Assembly: GCA_038087875.1 (NCBI GenBank)
Contig: CM075979.1
Span: 12,028,001-12,092,000, forward strand
From: Malacoraja senta
Taxonomy: Eukaryota
Length of the DNA: 64,000 bases
Direction of reading: 5' to 3'
Position 1 is the first letter of the stretch; every line of letters begins with the position of its first letter. Shown here in pieces: positions 24,480 through 38,610 of this stretch. Position numbers and translations under genes: made by a program. The notes beneath the pieces were generated by a model, which was not told the DNA's origin, ran no database searches, and worked only from the letters and a program-made list of their open reading frames with translations.

Positions 24480-24812
24480 AGAGAGTCCTTCATTTCTGTA
24501 GCGCCTTCCACAGACCGAGCACTACCCAAAGCAGTTGACAACTTACGAAGTGCTTTCACAGTGTAAGCCACGGCCAATTCGTGCACAACCCAATCCCATA
24601 AACTATAATTGGATAATCTGTTACCGCGATGTCGATTGAGGGATTAAATATTGACCCCAGGACATCAGGAGGACTTCTGGGTTCTTTACAGATAATGTTA
24701 AAGGAATGCCTGGGTTTACATTAGAGAGCAGAGGGCGTTCAGCTCTGGGCTTCGATTCCACGATCCACTCTGAGAGAGCACTCCTGCAGTCTTGCACTGG
24801 GAGCATCACTGG
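24480..24812 (-). mobile_element. DeuSINE (SacSINE1/AmnSINE1-like) remnant
   Basis: + strand CATTTCTGTAGCGCCTT..CCCAAAGC..GCCAATTCGTGCACA..GATAATCTGTT..GATTGAGGGATTAAATATTGACCCCAGGACA..GCACTCC..TGCACTGG follows the antisense Deu-domain order as I recall it. Shorter remnants at about 57910-57990 and 58695-58790. Confidence 0.65.
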
Positions 24813-27800
24813 GCTTTGACGTTTATTATGACAGTTAAAAGACCCATGGAGTGGTACATGGGTAGGATAGGTTTGAAGGGATATGGACCAAGCACAGGCT
24901 GGGTTAGATTACTTGGTCAGAACGGACGAGCTGGGCTAAAGGGCCTGTGTCCATGCTGTGTGACTCTCTGACTCTATAACACAAAGGCGCTTAATCTCAG
25001 TATTATTACTGGTGTGGACATAAATAGATTATAATGCTGTCCATGGACATAACCAGATTTTAATGGTGTCCATGCAGCTAAGGAGCGGTGTATGAAGGAG
25101 GAATTTCATTTCATGCTTTGCTGGCACCAATAAGTAGCAGGTACGATTAATGGGACGCCTGAACTCTGTTAGGATTGGGAAAGGCAGATGGTTTACAGGA
25201 CAACAAATGTGATAGTTGATGGCTTCCGTCCATCTGTGAGAGATGATGGTGTGGCTTTGATGTTGTGCTACTAAGAGAGGGGGATGTTTCAACTGTGGTT
25301 GCATTTCCTGCTGTGGCTGACTAGGCCTATCCTTGACAGGCAGACCAACCCACAGCTTCCACAGGTGAAGTTGTCTCTGGCCATTGGATCGGGGAGTGAG
25401 TGGCTGTTGCCGTTGACCATGTTGTGGGGTTGACACTGGGCCTCCAGTCTTGAATCACATGCTCTGTTTGAGGGGTAACCTTATTGAGGTGTACAAGATC
25501 ACAAGGGGCATGGATAAATTGAACGCTTGCCCTCTTTATCCCTGGGTAGAGGACTAGAGGGCATGGGCTTGAGGTGAGATGGGAGAGATTTAAGAGGGAC
25601 CTCAACGCTTTAATATTGACCCCAGGGCAAGTATCCATGATGCCTTCTTAACTATCTTATCAGCATATGTTTCTACTTTCAGAGGTCATTGAACCTGTAG
25701 TGCAAGGTCCCTCTGTTTCTGAATATTCCTCAAGATCCTTCCCACATTTGGACGGATATATGGATAGGAAGGGTTTAGAGGCCTATGGGCCAAATGCAGG
25801 CAAATGGGACTAGCCCAGCATGACAACTTGGTCGGCATGGACAAGGTAGGCTGAAGAGCCTGTTTCTGTGCTGTGCAGCTCTTTGCCTGTCGCCCACGAG
25901 CGAAAACAAATCAGCCTTAATCTCAAGGAACTGCTGAACGGCTGAAAGGGAAAAGAGTGGATTAATGTTTAGAATCTGTGCTTCACAATTGCTGCAGCTT
26001 TACAGGCAAGGATATCATTGTTCTGTTCCCAGTGCGTGTGAAATTAAGCACTCTTGATCCTTGACTCTGCCCTCCGATGTTTTGCCGAGACAATTCTTAT
26101 TTCCCCTCTTCTGGTTTCATTACTTTGCATCTTTCAGTTTTCTCTTTATCTGTAGACACAAGAAACTACAGATGCTGGAATCTTGTGCAAAACATAAAGG
26201 GCTGAAAGAACGCAGCGGGTCAGGCAGCATCCGTGGAGGGAAATGGACAGGAAGACTGAAGAAGGGTCCTGACCTGAAATGTCATCTGTCAATTCCCACC
26301 ACAGATGCTATCTGACCTGCTGAGTTCCTCCAGCAACGTGTCTTCTCTTCTTTATCTGCGGTGCCTAAAGCACAGTTACTGGACAATAATCCACTCTTTT
26401 GCTGTTCTCTTGTTTTCATCTCCTTAGACAGTTCCTTGGGATATAGGCTAGGGTGTCTGGGAATATTCGGTGTTCCTGATACAATGGGAAAGGGATTCAA
26501 GGGATAAGCCGAATGACAGGTGAGAATTAACTGTGGAGAGTGTGATGCTGTAGCCGTGGGAAGATAGTCAGGCCTGGAATGGGCCAGGTTACAAGGTCTG
26601 TGGAGGTTTTATGAAAGAATTGTGTAATAGAAAGTAATTTAAATCATAAAGTTGTAGCGAGATACAGCACAGACACTGGCCCTTCACTCATCAAGTCTAT
26701 GCTGACCATTAATCACACATTTACACTGATCTTGCGTTAATCCCATTTTTAATTCTCCTCACATTCATCCAACTAAAAAGGGCAATTTCCAGGAGCCAAT
26801 TAATCTACCATCTCACCTATCGCTTGTCAGTCCCTGTTTTGCCCCCTCCCTCTCACCTCTATATGCCGGCACTCAGCGCTGATGCAGGTTCTGTCCATTT
26901 CCTTCAACAGATGCTATCTGACCCACTGAGTTCCTCCAGCAGTTTGTTTTTTTGCTTCAATTTACCTACCAATCTGCACACATTTGGGACGTAGGAGGAA
27001 ACTCGAGCACCCGGGGGAAACCCAAGCAGTCAAAGGGAGAACGTGCAAACTCCGCACAATCTGGGATCGGGATTGAAAATGGGTCTCTGGTGCTCTGTGG
27101 CAGTGGCTCTATTAGCTGTGTCACTGGGCTGGCCTTATAGAGGAAGCTGTGTACCAATCCTGTGGCAGCTGCTGTGATGTGATGGAGTATATAAATTCAG
27201 AGATCTGTAAAAGCAGGGTTATTTATCATTCATATAGAGTGGGATTAATAGGTTATCTTATGTTTGAAAGGTAGTTAGGGTGGTTTTCTGAAGCAGTATG
27301 TGTCAGAACTAACAAAGGAGTAAACCATAATGGATTTACTAAAAGGTAATTAACCAGATTTAGTTGGTGGCCTAACAGTGTGTGAGCATTTATCAAACAG
27401 TGACTTATCATAAATTCATAGTTACAGACCCTTTGACCTAACTCATTAATGCCAACTAAATTGTCGACCTGACCTTGTCCTATTTACCTACATTTGGCCA
27501 ATATCCTATCATGAGTTGTCGAAACATTCTTTAGATGTGATAATTATACTTCCCTCCACAGTCGGCTCTGACCACTCCATATACCCACCATCATCTGTGT
27601 GAAAAAGATGCCCCCCTCATGTCCCATTTAAATTTCTCCCCTCTAATTGTAGAATCCCGTACCATGGGGAAAAGACTGTGACCATCCATCCTACCTAAAC
27701 TGAATTTAAATTCAACAGCTTCAGGGTGGGCTTTGTCTTTGGCTCTGACAAAATACACCTCCATAAAACCTTCAGTTTTCTGCTCCAGGGGATAACAAAC

Positions 27801-28839
27801 ACTTTCTAAGAAAAATTAAAAGCTGGCTGATTCTGGAAATCTGAAATAAAAACAGAAAATGCTGGAAACACTCATCAGATCAGGTCAGGCAGCATCTGTG
27901 TGGAGAGAAACGTAACCAGGACAGAGAGAAAGCAAGTTATGAACACGTAAATGGATAGGAGGAGTTTAGAGGGCTATGGGCCAAATGCAAGCAAATGGGA
28001 CTAACCCAGTATGCCTACTTGTTAGGCATGGACAAGGTAGGCCGAAGAGCCCTGCTTCTGTGCTGCTCTATGTGCTTTTGTGCTAATTTCAGTGAGAACT
28101 TTTCAGCTTAGCTAAGAAAGCTTAACCAATGGGTAAAACCACATCAGAGCAGCTGGAGGTGTTCAAAAGAGAATTTGCTTGATATCCAGTTAATATGTTT
28201 CTGGGGGCAGAGGCTGAACTTATGGATCATTAACGAGGCAAGGGCTGCAAGAAATGTATAAAAGGAAAAGCAGTGAGGAAGTAATTGAGGTTGACAGGTA
28301 GTCACAAAATGCTGGAGCAACTCAGCGGGACAGGCAGCATCTCTGGAGAGAAGGAATGGGTGACGTTTCAGGTCGAGACCCTTCTTCAGACAAGTACATG
28401 GATAGAAATGGTTTTGGGGGATATTGTGCAAACGCAAGCAAATGGGACACTCAGATGAGGCATCTTGGTTGACATAGACAAGTTGGACCAAAGGATCGGT
28501 TTTCAAGCTGTATGCCAATGATACACAAAAATTCAGAAAAGAGTGCAAATCCTATCAGGAAGGAGATAAAGAACAACAAAAATAATAATGGCAGCAAAAA
28601 TGTGGAAAATGGAGAAGGGAAAGAAATTTCCGTGACGTCAAGGTCAATGGAAGCACAATTACAATTTTTTAAAGATATCTGGACAGATATATGGATAGGA
28701 AGGGTTAAGAGAGCAACGGGCCAAATACAGGCAAATGAGACTGGCCTAGTATGCCAACTTGCTCAACACGGACAAGGTGGGCCGAAGAGCCTGTTTCCAT
28801 GCTGAGGAACTCTATGACTATGATGAGGAACAACATAGG

Positions 28840-30200
28840 CCCCTTGAAATCTGATTGTGCTGACTTGTAAATGAAGCTGCGAAACAGACAGATACTGAAC
28901 TAGGATTACTTTGCATCAATATTTACAGTGGAGAATAAGGATGGATGCCTGACATTCCGAGAAAAGTATTATGTCGGAGGCAGTGCCGAACCAAAATCCA
29001 TGGGAGCAGGTCATTGCAATAAATAAAGTGTCATTGAGTAGCATTAATCCCCAGGATTGGGTTCTTCCTTAATGAGAGTCGAATCAAAATGGATTATAAT
29101 GGAGGTTCCGAGCTAAAAGTTGTTCCAACAAAAGTTGTTTCTTCATTCATGAACCTTAGAAAAAATCCACATTTTTCTTCCCTATGTACTAAACATGAGA
29201 GATGGAATTACAGGAATTTGCCTAACATCTGATATCTGAAAATTACGAGCCTATAATTAGGGAAAGAATGACTGAACACCTTGAAAATGTTCAGTTTGTC
29301 AGAGAGCCAGCATGGATTTATGAGGCATTCCTCATACTCGACGACTATTGAGTATTAAGAAAGGTTAATGGAAGGAGTGTGTAGGGAACTGTCTATTTAT
29401 GTGATCTACCGGATGATACATTTCTTCACAGGAAATTCTAGTCATAGAGTTGTACAGCATGGAAACATGCCTTTTGGCCCACCTTGTCCATACTGACAAA
29501 GTTGGCTTATTGGACTAGTCCTATTTGCCTGTATTTGGCTCATATCCCTCTAAACCTTTCCTATCTACTGTATATATTTGTCCAAATGTCTTTAAAAGTC
29601 GTAATTGTAACTTCTTCTATCGCTTCTTCTGGCATCATTTTCCAGATACGGGCAACCTTCTGAGAGAAAAAGTTGCCCATGAGGCTCCTCTTAAATCTTT
29701 CACCATAAACCTATGCCCTCTAATATTAGTATCCTCTACCCCGGGGAAAAAGACTGAGTTTATCAATGCTCTCATGATCTTGTACACTTCAAAAAGGTCA
29801 TCCCTCGACCCGATATGCTCCAAACGAAAAAGTTCCAGACTATCCAACCACTACCTATTACTCAAACCCACAATCAAAGGTAACATCCTGGTGAACCCCT
29901 TCTGCACCCATTCCAATTTAATGTCATCCTTCCTGTAGCTGGGCAACCAGAACTGCACACAGCTACTTAAATTGTCACCTAATTTTAAAACTCATCAAAG
30001 ACAAATTATTGACCCAGCTTGAAATTTCCTCTAGAATGTTATACATGGTCTTCGTTAGGGTCCCAAATATTTGCCATATTTAATAATGATTTTGGATAAA
30101 GTAAAGAAAGCATGCATTCATTGACGCCATAGGATATGAGCAGATTAAATGAGCAGACTAAATTATGTTGCAAATGGACTTTAAAGCAGGCAATCAAATG
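28840..30200 (+). mobile_element. Old decayed CR1 ORF2 region interrupted by an antisense CR1 3' fragment (about 29440-29965)
   Basis: TACTTTGCATCAATATTTACAGTGGAG and CAGCATGGATTT motifs; the nested copy encodes RDDLFEVYKIMR..FFPGVEDTNIRGHRF. Confidence 0.55.
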
Positions 30201-33200
30201 TCAAGAGTCAAGAGTGTTTAGTTGTCATTTGGACTGGCCACTGAACAATGAAATGATCACTGCAGCTTGATCTGGGTATATTGCAGGGCTGGCGGACATT
30301 ACGGGGTGGGAGTGGGCAAAGCTGCAGGTAATTGAATGGGAATCTTTAATTCAAGGCCATGCTCAGTTAAATTTGTTAAACCAGACCCACAATCCCAACA
30401 ACGCAGTCTGGTAATAATTGTACATAAACGTATTTTCTTGCTGCTTGAAAAAGTGGTTTAGTAATTTGAAGAAGCAATAATTCAAAATAAACGTGGGACA
30501 GCATGCACTGTTGTGTTTCCCTTGGAAAGGTTTGCGTTTGAACTTCAAGCTGCCATCTCCTGGACAATGCTCTCTGAAGCAGCAACTTTAAGGCTTCTTT
30601 CCAAAACAACGAGTCCTGTTTAAATCCCAGAACTGCTTGTCAGAGTTGGAATCAAGTGCGTCACTTCTTGACCCGGTGCTTAGAGCGTGGAGATCTTCCC
30701 CTTGGGGATAAAGAAATTAGAAGTTGTCCCTTCTCTGCCCGTTCCCTTCCCTGTCCACCCCCTCCCCCCAGACTCACTTCTTCATTTCCTGCCCGCAGGG
30801 TTCTTTGGCAATTAGGAGAGTAAAGAGATGACATGTTAAGGAATGGAAATCTGAGAAAAGAAGACAAGAAACTTGCAGATAATGGATGTAAACGGGATGG
30901 ATGTCATTAAATGTTGACGCACGAGAACTACAGTGGTGGTGCAGAGCTGAAGTCTCCAGGCTACAGAGCCAAGGACTAAGCCCACCCTGCCAGCAGTGGA
31001 ATTTAAAGTCAGTTAAGTGCGCTGAAGCGAGGGCAGTGGAGATTCCCCAGGATGTTGCCTGGAGTGAAGGAGTTTAGTAATGGGGAGAGCTTGGATAGAC
31101 TGGGCTTGTTTACCCTGGAGTGAAGGAGGCTGAGGGGTGATCTGATTGGAATACATGAGAGCAGGAGTGACATAGGCAGCAGGGTAGACAGTCAGTGTCA
31201 AACTGGATGCAGGTTTAGGGGTGCGGAGGGTTTTAAAGGGGATGTGAGGGGTACCATTTTTACTCTGTTAGTTGTTGATATCTTTAATGTGCTGCCAGAA
31301 GAGATGGTCGAGTCAGATACAATTACTGTGTATGATAGTCTTAGAAGAATACAGTCTCAATGTGGGCATATGGGATTATTGTCAATGGGCAAAAAGGTCA
31401 ATATGGACGTGGTGGGTTGAAGGTGTGCATTGCAACTCTGGGACTTAATTTGAGATTTAGAACAATTTCTTGTCTCAGTAACAGTGACCATCAAAACTAC
31501 TGGATTGTTATAAAAACCCACGTGCTCCTTCAGAAGATTAAATCACTATCCTTCATGGTGTGGTCCGCTCGTGACTCTGGACCCACCTCATGCTGTTATC
31601 TCTGACGTGGCCCAGAGGACCACTCAGTGTCTGTGGAGCAGCTCAGCTCCACCTCAGAGGGGAATGAATGGTGACCTTGCAGCTACGTCCAGATCTCACA
31701 AATGGACAAGGTGCGCTTGGATCTGAACATTGCGAGACCATCATTGAATACTGACCAATGTTCGTTGACCAGTGTGGGGCATGTGGAGAGTTCCCATTAA
31801 GAACTAATGACCAAAAACCCTCCATCACGCTGTGCATTACTGTGCCTCAAAGCATTGCTCCTGAACTTTCCTTCTCTTCATTTAATGTCTGGCCATTGCA
31901 TTCACTGGGGCTGGCCTACAATTAAATACCATCGTCACCAGGATAGAGGTGAAGAAGAAAGAAGTTCTGTTAAACAGCCATTGAAACAGTTAAACAGCAG
32001 TTGGAGAATGGTGATTGATTTGGTCTCCAGACTGAGGTGTACAAGACCATGGGGAGCATGGATAAGATGAACGCTCAACGTTTTTTCCCCAGGGTAGAGG
32101 ATTTTAAAACTTGAGGGCGGAGACTTAAGATGAGAGGGAAGAGATTTAAGAAGGACCTCAGGCGCAACTATTTCACTCAGAGTGTAGTCTATCTCAGGGA
32201 TGAGCTGCCAGCAGAAGCTCTTGAAGTGGATACAATTACAGCCTTTAATGTGGATATGTAGGGTTTAGATGGGCTGTGAGCCAAATGCAGGTAAACAGTA
32301 AGCCAACTTGGTCAGCATGAACAAGATAGTTTGAAGGGCCTGTTTTTGTACTATACAGCTCTATGATTCTATAAATATCCTGGGAAGGCGCAAACAAGAT
32401 TTAGAATCGAAAGGATGAACCCATCAAGAAGAATTGAACAGGCTGGGGCTCTTTAGGTGAAGATTTAAAAAATAAAAATGGATTTGATGAGGTAGATGTG
32501 GAGAAAATGTTTCCACGTGCACAGGAACAGAGCTATGAATTGGGAGAGCTTTCAATAGAACTGGGAATGATAGCCCAGTGGGTAAGTTACTCGTCAAGAA
32601 GTCTGCCCTTGACTGAATTTCTTCACTCATCGAGAGGATTTTAACACTAGATTATTTATTTGTTCATTTTTGCGGATCTGAGTGTTGCTCATATCAGAAG
32701 AGAAAGAAACAGAGTCAATGCATCAATAGTCATTGTTTGGCCTTCCCTGAGAACTGGAAAAGATGAGAGATGAAGCAGGGTTTCAGCTGCAGAGTGAGGG
32801 GGGAGGTGACGTGACAAAGGGAATGTCCCAAAAGATAGACACAAAAAGCTGGAGTAACTCAGCGGGTCAGGCAGCATCTCTGGAGAAAAGAAATAGGTAT
32901 CGTTTTGGGACGAGATCCTTCTTCCCTTCAGTCAGGGGAGAGGGAAACGAGAGATATAGAAGGTACATAGAACAAATGAATGAAAGATATGCAAGAAGCA
33001 ACAATGTTGAAGGAACGGTGAAGCCCACAATGGTCCATTGTTGGTTGTGGGGGAGGTGATAATGAGTGATACAGGGAATGTCCCTGCAATGCTGGAGGCC
33101 GAAAGGGACTGAATGATACAGTGGTGATAGTAGACACAAAATGCTGGAGTAACTCAGCGGGATAGGCAGCATCTCTGGAGAGAAGGAATGGGCCCCTGCC

Positions 33201-33627
33201 TGTCCCGCTGAGTTACTCCAGCATTTTGTGTCTACCTTCGATTTAAACAAGCATCTGCAGTTCTTTCTTACGCAGTGGTGATAATGCTTGCAGAATGAGG
33301 GGAGTGAAGGCTTGTTAATGTCAGCTGATCCGTCTGGGGAGGTGTAAATAGGAGGGGATTGAGAACAGAGGAGGGTGGACAATAAACCTGGAACGGTGAG
33401 ATACAAAATATTGCAGATTCTAGAAATATCAAATAAAATAGAGAATGGGCAAAATACTCAACAAATCTGGCAATATGTGAGGAAATGTTACAGATTGGTG
33501 AAATATGAGACATGGTCAGCTCTTAGGCACGCTGGAATGGCTGTGTATAGAGTCATAGAGTGATACAGTGTGGAAACAGGCCCTTCGGCCCAACTTGCCC
33601 ACACCGGCCAACAATGTCCCAGCTACA

Positions 33628-36400
33628 CTAGTCCCACTTGCCTGCGCTTGGTCCATGTCCCTCCAAACCTGTCCTATCCATGTACCTGTCTAACTGTTTC
33701 TTAAACGATGGGATAGTCCCAGCCTCAACTACCTCCTCTGGCAGCTTGTTCCATACACCCACCACCCTTTGTGTGAAAATGCAACCCCTCAGATTCCTAT
33801 TAAATCTCTTCCCCTTCACCGAGAACCTATGTCCTCTGGTCCTCGATTACCCTACCCTGGGCAAAAGACTCCGTGCATCTACCCGATCTATTCCTCTCAT
33901 GATTTTATATACCTCTGTAAGATCTCCCCTCATCCTCCTGCGCTCCATGGAATATAGACCCAGCCTACTCAAACTCTGCCTATAGCTCACGCCCTCTAGT
34001 CCTGACAACATCCTTGTAAATCTTTTCTGAATCCTTTCAAGCTTGGCAATATCTGTCGTACGACATGGTGCCCAGAACTGAACACAATATTCTAAATGCG
34101 GTCTCACCAACGTCTTATACAACTGCAACATGACCTCCCAACTTCTATACTCAATACTCTGACTGATGAAGGCCAAAGTGCCACAAGTCTTTTTGACCAC
34201 TTTATCTACCTGCGACTCGACCTTCAAGGAACCATGCACCTGTACTCCTAGATCCCTCTGCTCTACAACACTACCCAGAGGCCTACCATTTACTGTGTAG
34301 GTCCTGCCCTTGTTTGAAATCCCAAAATGCAACACCTCACATTTTCTGTATTAAATTCCATCAACCATTCCTCTGCCCACCTGGCCAATTGATCCAGATC
34401 CTGCTGAAATCTTTCACAACCATCTTCGCTATCTGCAAAACCACTAACTTTTGTATCATCAGCAAACTTGCTAATCTTACCCTGTGTGTTCTCATCCAAA
34501 TCATTGATGTAGATGACAAACAGTAACGGGCCCAGCACCAAACCCTGAGGCACAACTCTAGTTACAGGCCTCCAGTCCGAGAAGCAACCTTCCATCATCA
34601 CCCTCAGCTTCCTTCCATGGAGCCAATTTGCTATCCATTTAACTATCTCTCCTTGGATCCCATGCGATCTAGCCTGCCAGAGCAGCCTACCATGCGGAAT
34701 CTTGTTGAATGCCTTACTGAAGTCCATGTACACAACATCTACAGCTGCCCTCATCAACCTTTTTGGTCATATCTTCAGAAAAATCAGATTTGTGAGACAC
34801 GACCTCCCACGAACAAAACCATGCTGACTATCCCTAATCAGCCCTTGCCCATCCAAATGCCTGTATAACCTATCCCTCAGAATACTCATCAGTAACTTAC
34901 CAACTACCGATGTTAAGCTCACCGGCCTATAGTTCCCAGCATTTTCCCTGCAGCTCTTCTTGAAAAGAGGCACAACATTTGCCACCCTCCAGTCTTCCAG
35001 CACCTCACCTGTATTTAAGGACTACTCGTAAATTTCAACCAGGGCTCCCGCAATTTCCACTCCAGTTTCCCACAATGTCCTCGGATATATCTGATCAGGC
35101 CCTGGAGATTTGTCTACCTTCAAACATGACAGTACCTTCAGTTCTTCGACGGTAACCCTGACTGCTCTCAAGACACGCTCCAATTTCCTCCATCCGACTG
35201 TCTTGCTTCTCAGTAAATACAGAGGAGAAATTCCCATTGAGTACTTTGCCCATCTCCTCTGGATCCACACAGAGGTGACCGCTTTGATTCCTGAGAGATC
35301 CCACTCTCTCTCCGGTTACCATTTTCCCCCTTATGTATTTATAAAATCTTTTGAGATTGTCCTTAATGCTACCCGCCAGAGCTATCTCCTGGCCCCTTTT
35401 TGCCCTTCTGATTTTCTTTTTTAGTTTACTCCTTAGTTCCCGAAACTCCTCCAGGGATGCACTTGATCCCAGCTGCCTATACCTGTCCTATGCATCTTTC
35501 TTGTTTTTGACTAACGTCACAATTTCCCTCGTCAGCCAAGCTTCCTCACGTTTGCCTGCTTTGCTCTTCACTCTAACGGGGACGTGCACATCCTGAGCTT
35601 TCTTCAGTACACTTTTAAAAACATCCCACTTGGCCAATGTTCCTTTCCCCTCGAATAACCTGCTCCAGTCAACTTGAGCGAGACTGTCTCTCAAAGCCTC
35701 AAAGTTGGCCTTACATTTCAACACGTGGGCCCTCTCCGTCCCTATCTTAAACCTAATCAAACTGTGGTCACTGGTCCCAAAAGGCTTCTCTACGTTCACT
35801 TCATTAACTTGCCTTTCCCAATTCACAACGTGTGGGGGCCTCCATATACTGCTCAAGAAAACTCTCCTGAACTCTTTTGAGGAATTGAACCCTATCTGAA
35901 CCCTTCATGCTATGATTTTCCCAGTCTATATTGGGAAAGTTCAAATCCCCTACTACAACAACCTTATTTGACCTGCAGCTGTCTGCAATCTCCTGGCACA
36001 TTTTTTCTTCTAATTCCCGTTGACTATTCAGGGGTCTGTAGTACACCCCCAACAAGGTGATCATCCCTTTCTTGTTCCTCAGCTCCACCCATATAGCCTC
36101 ACTAGAAGAACTGTCTGTAACGTCACCTCTGAACACAGCCGTGACATCCTCCTTAACCAACAATGCAAACCCCCCCCTCCTCTTTTTCCCTCACCCCTGT
36201 CTCTCCTGAAGCTCCTGTACCCCAGAACATTGAGCTGCCAGTCCTGCCCCTCCTTTAACCAGGTTTCAGTCATGGCTACAACATCCCAGTCGCCCCTACC
36301 AATCCATGCCCTAAGCTCATCTGCCTTACCCGTCAGGCCCCTTGTATTAAAATACGTGCAGTTTAAACCAACCCTCCTTCCTTGCTCTCTGCCTTTCACC
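33628..36400 (-). pseudogene. CR1 ORF2 (APE endonuclease + reverse transcriptase), frameshifted
   Basis: NCTYFNTRGL..DWDVVAMTETWL; GVYYRP; VVVGDLNFPNIDW; SDH; NYRPVSLTSVVGKLL; QHGF..RSCLTNL; VDVVYMDFSKAF; VPQGLVLGPLLF; SKFADDTK; [11 protein letters not shown]. Confidence 0.92.
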
Positions 36401-36489
36401 TGCCTATTCTGTCCACTAACCTTTCCCACACCACCCTCCATACCAACTTCTAGCCTCTGTCCTGCACGAGATCTCACCCCCCTGCCAAT

Positions 36490-37401
36490 CTAGTTTAAAC
36501 CTTCCCGTGTAGCATGAGCAAACCTGCCTGCTGGGATGTTGGTCCCCCTCCAGTTTAGGTGCAACCTGTCCCTTTTATACGTCACCTCTGCCCCGGAAGA
36601 GATCCCAATGATCCAGAAATCTGAATCCCTGCCCCCTGCACCAACTCCTCAGCCACACCTTCATTTCCCCTATCTTCCTGTTCTTACCTTCACTACACGA
36701 GGTACTGGAAGCAATCCTGAGATCACTAACCTGCAGGTCCTGCTTTTCAGTCTTTTACCCAATTCCATAAATTCTTGTTGCAGAACCTCCTTCCTCTTTC
36801 TACCTATATCATTTGTACCAACATGCACAACAACCTCCGGCTCCTCCCCCTCACTCTTGAGGATGCCGTGCAGCCTCTCCTAGACGTCCTGGACCCTGGC
36901 ACCAGGGAGGCAACACACCATCCTGGAGTCTCGCCTACTGCCGCAGAATCTCCTTTCCACATCTCTGACAATGGAGTCTCCCACTACGGCTCTGCCTGAC
37001 GTCACTCTTCCCCGTTGAGCTTCGGCACCAGGGTTAGGATCGTAGCCCTGACTACCACTCAATCTTGTCGTGTCGTCCTCTCCCAAGAAGGTGTACCTGT
37101 TTTCATTAGGTACGGCCACCGGGGGCTCCTGCACTCCACGTTTACTCCTCTTTCTCATCGTCACCCACCTTCGCTCTTCCGGTATCCTTGGTGTGACAAG
37201 CTCACTGCAGGTCCTGACCAGGAAACTCTCATTTTCCCGGATGACCCCGAGGTCATCCAGCTGCTGCTCCAGTTCCCCAACACGGTCATTCAGGAGCTGC
37301 ACCTGGACACAATGTCTGCAGGTGTGATTGTGAGAAACACCAGCGGTGTCCCTGACTTCCCACATCCTTCGGGAAACACACTCTACCAACTCACCTGTCA
37401 T
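36490..37401 (-). pseudogene. CR1 ORF1 (Cys-motif/coiled coil + SGNH esterase-like domain), premature stop at 36880
   Basis: VECVS..MWE..HTCRHCVQVQLL..RVGELEQQL; VVGDSIVR (GDS block); reading through the TAG continues ERLHGIL..VVVHVGTNDIG (GxND block). Confidence 0.85.
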
Positions 37402-38338
37402 TTCGACTCAAGTGTGGCCTCCTCGCCGAAGACTCTTGAGCCAAAGACTCACACTTTACCTCCCAAGGCACTTCACCTCAAAAAGGCCACTCCTCCTAGA
37501 GCAAGCCCTACTTTTATTTGCTTTAATTAGCTAATTTCGCAAATTAACGAATTAGCTAATTTACAAAGTTGATTACCGGTTTTTAAATGACCCACTCTGG
37601 AAAAACTCCAAGGCTCTAACTTCTGCACTCAATCCCCGCACTCACTCCTTCACCTGCTGCTCCTCCGCCGACCTTGAAGGTATGTGTTGCAGGCTGGCCC
37701 CAACTGTTTTTTAATGACCTGCTCTGGAAAAACTTACCAAGGCTTTAACTTCTGCAGCCAAACCCCCACTCGCTCCGACACCTGCCGCTCATCTGCCGAC
37801 CTTCAAGGTATCTGAAATGGTTGAATTCAATGTTGAGTGTTGATGATGTATCTTGTTGAATCTTGGTGAGGGTTTAAAATGGGGCTTCATTGGCAAAGTG
37901 TAGGAAGCCAAAGACAATGGGTCAGACGGGGAGTGGGACAGAGAATCAAAGTGTAAGGTGATGCGAAGCTCAGTGTCGCCGCAGAGGTATTTTATGAAGC
38001 ACTTTCCCAATCAGCATTTAGATTTTGTAGTATAGAGGAGGCCACATTGTGAGCGCTGAATGCAATACATTGAATTGGAACAAGTGCAAGTGAATCACTG
38101 CATCACATGAAAAGATGTTTGGGTCCCTAGATGGGCAGGTCAAGAGTTTAATCATCGTGTGCACCAGGAATGGAAAAATGAAATTCTTACTTGCTGCAGC
38201 TTAACAGGCCTATAATCACAAATAAATATACAATAAACAATAATATAATAAATTATTTGGTAACCAGAACATAACAATGCAAACCAAAATACATTGTGCA
38301 ACTTATTAAAAAGTCCATATTAGTTCAGTGCTGATGTT

Positions 38339-38560
38339 AACTCTCTGCCACAGAGGGTAGTTGAGGCCAGTTCATTGGCTATATTTAAGAGGGAGTTAGA
38401 TGTGGCCCTTGTGGCTAAAGGGATCAGGGGGTATGGAGAGAAGGCAGGTACGGGATACTGAGTTGGATGATCAGCCTTGATCATATTGATTGGCGGTGCA
38501 GGCTCGAAGGGCTGAATGGCCTACTCCTGCACCTTTTTTCTATGTATCTATGTATCTATG
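38339..38560 (+). mobile_element. Young CR1 3' end nested in a Rex1-type fragment
   Basis: Near identical to 16000-16220; CTATGTAT tail. Confidence 0.9.
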
Positions 38561-38610
38561 TAGGGCTGTGCAGTGTGGTTCAATAGTCTGATGGTTGCTG
38601 GGAAGAAGCT

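Larger units (their letters stand above)
33547..37815 (-). mobile_element. Near full-length CR1 LINE, inactivated
   Basis: Colinear 5' UTR, ORF1, APE endonuclease, RT and 3' UTR ending in a CTATGACT repeat tail; multiple stops and frameshifts. Confidence 0.93.

Noticed and set aside
33530-37830. Target-site duplication for the full-length CR1
   Set aside because: Only a loose CTG(G/A)AATGG(C/T)TG resemblance at the two flanks, and the 5' boundary is too uncertain to call.
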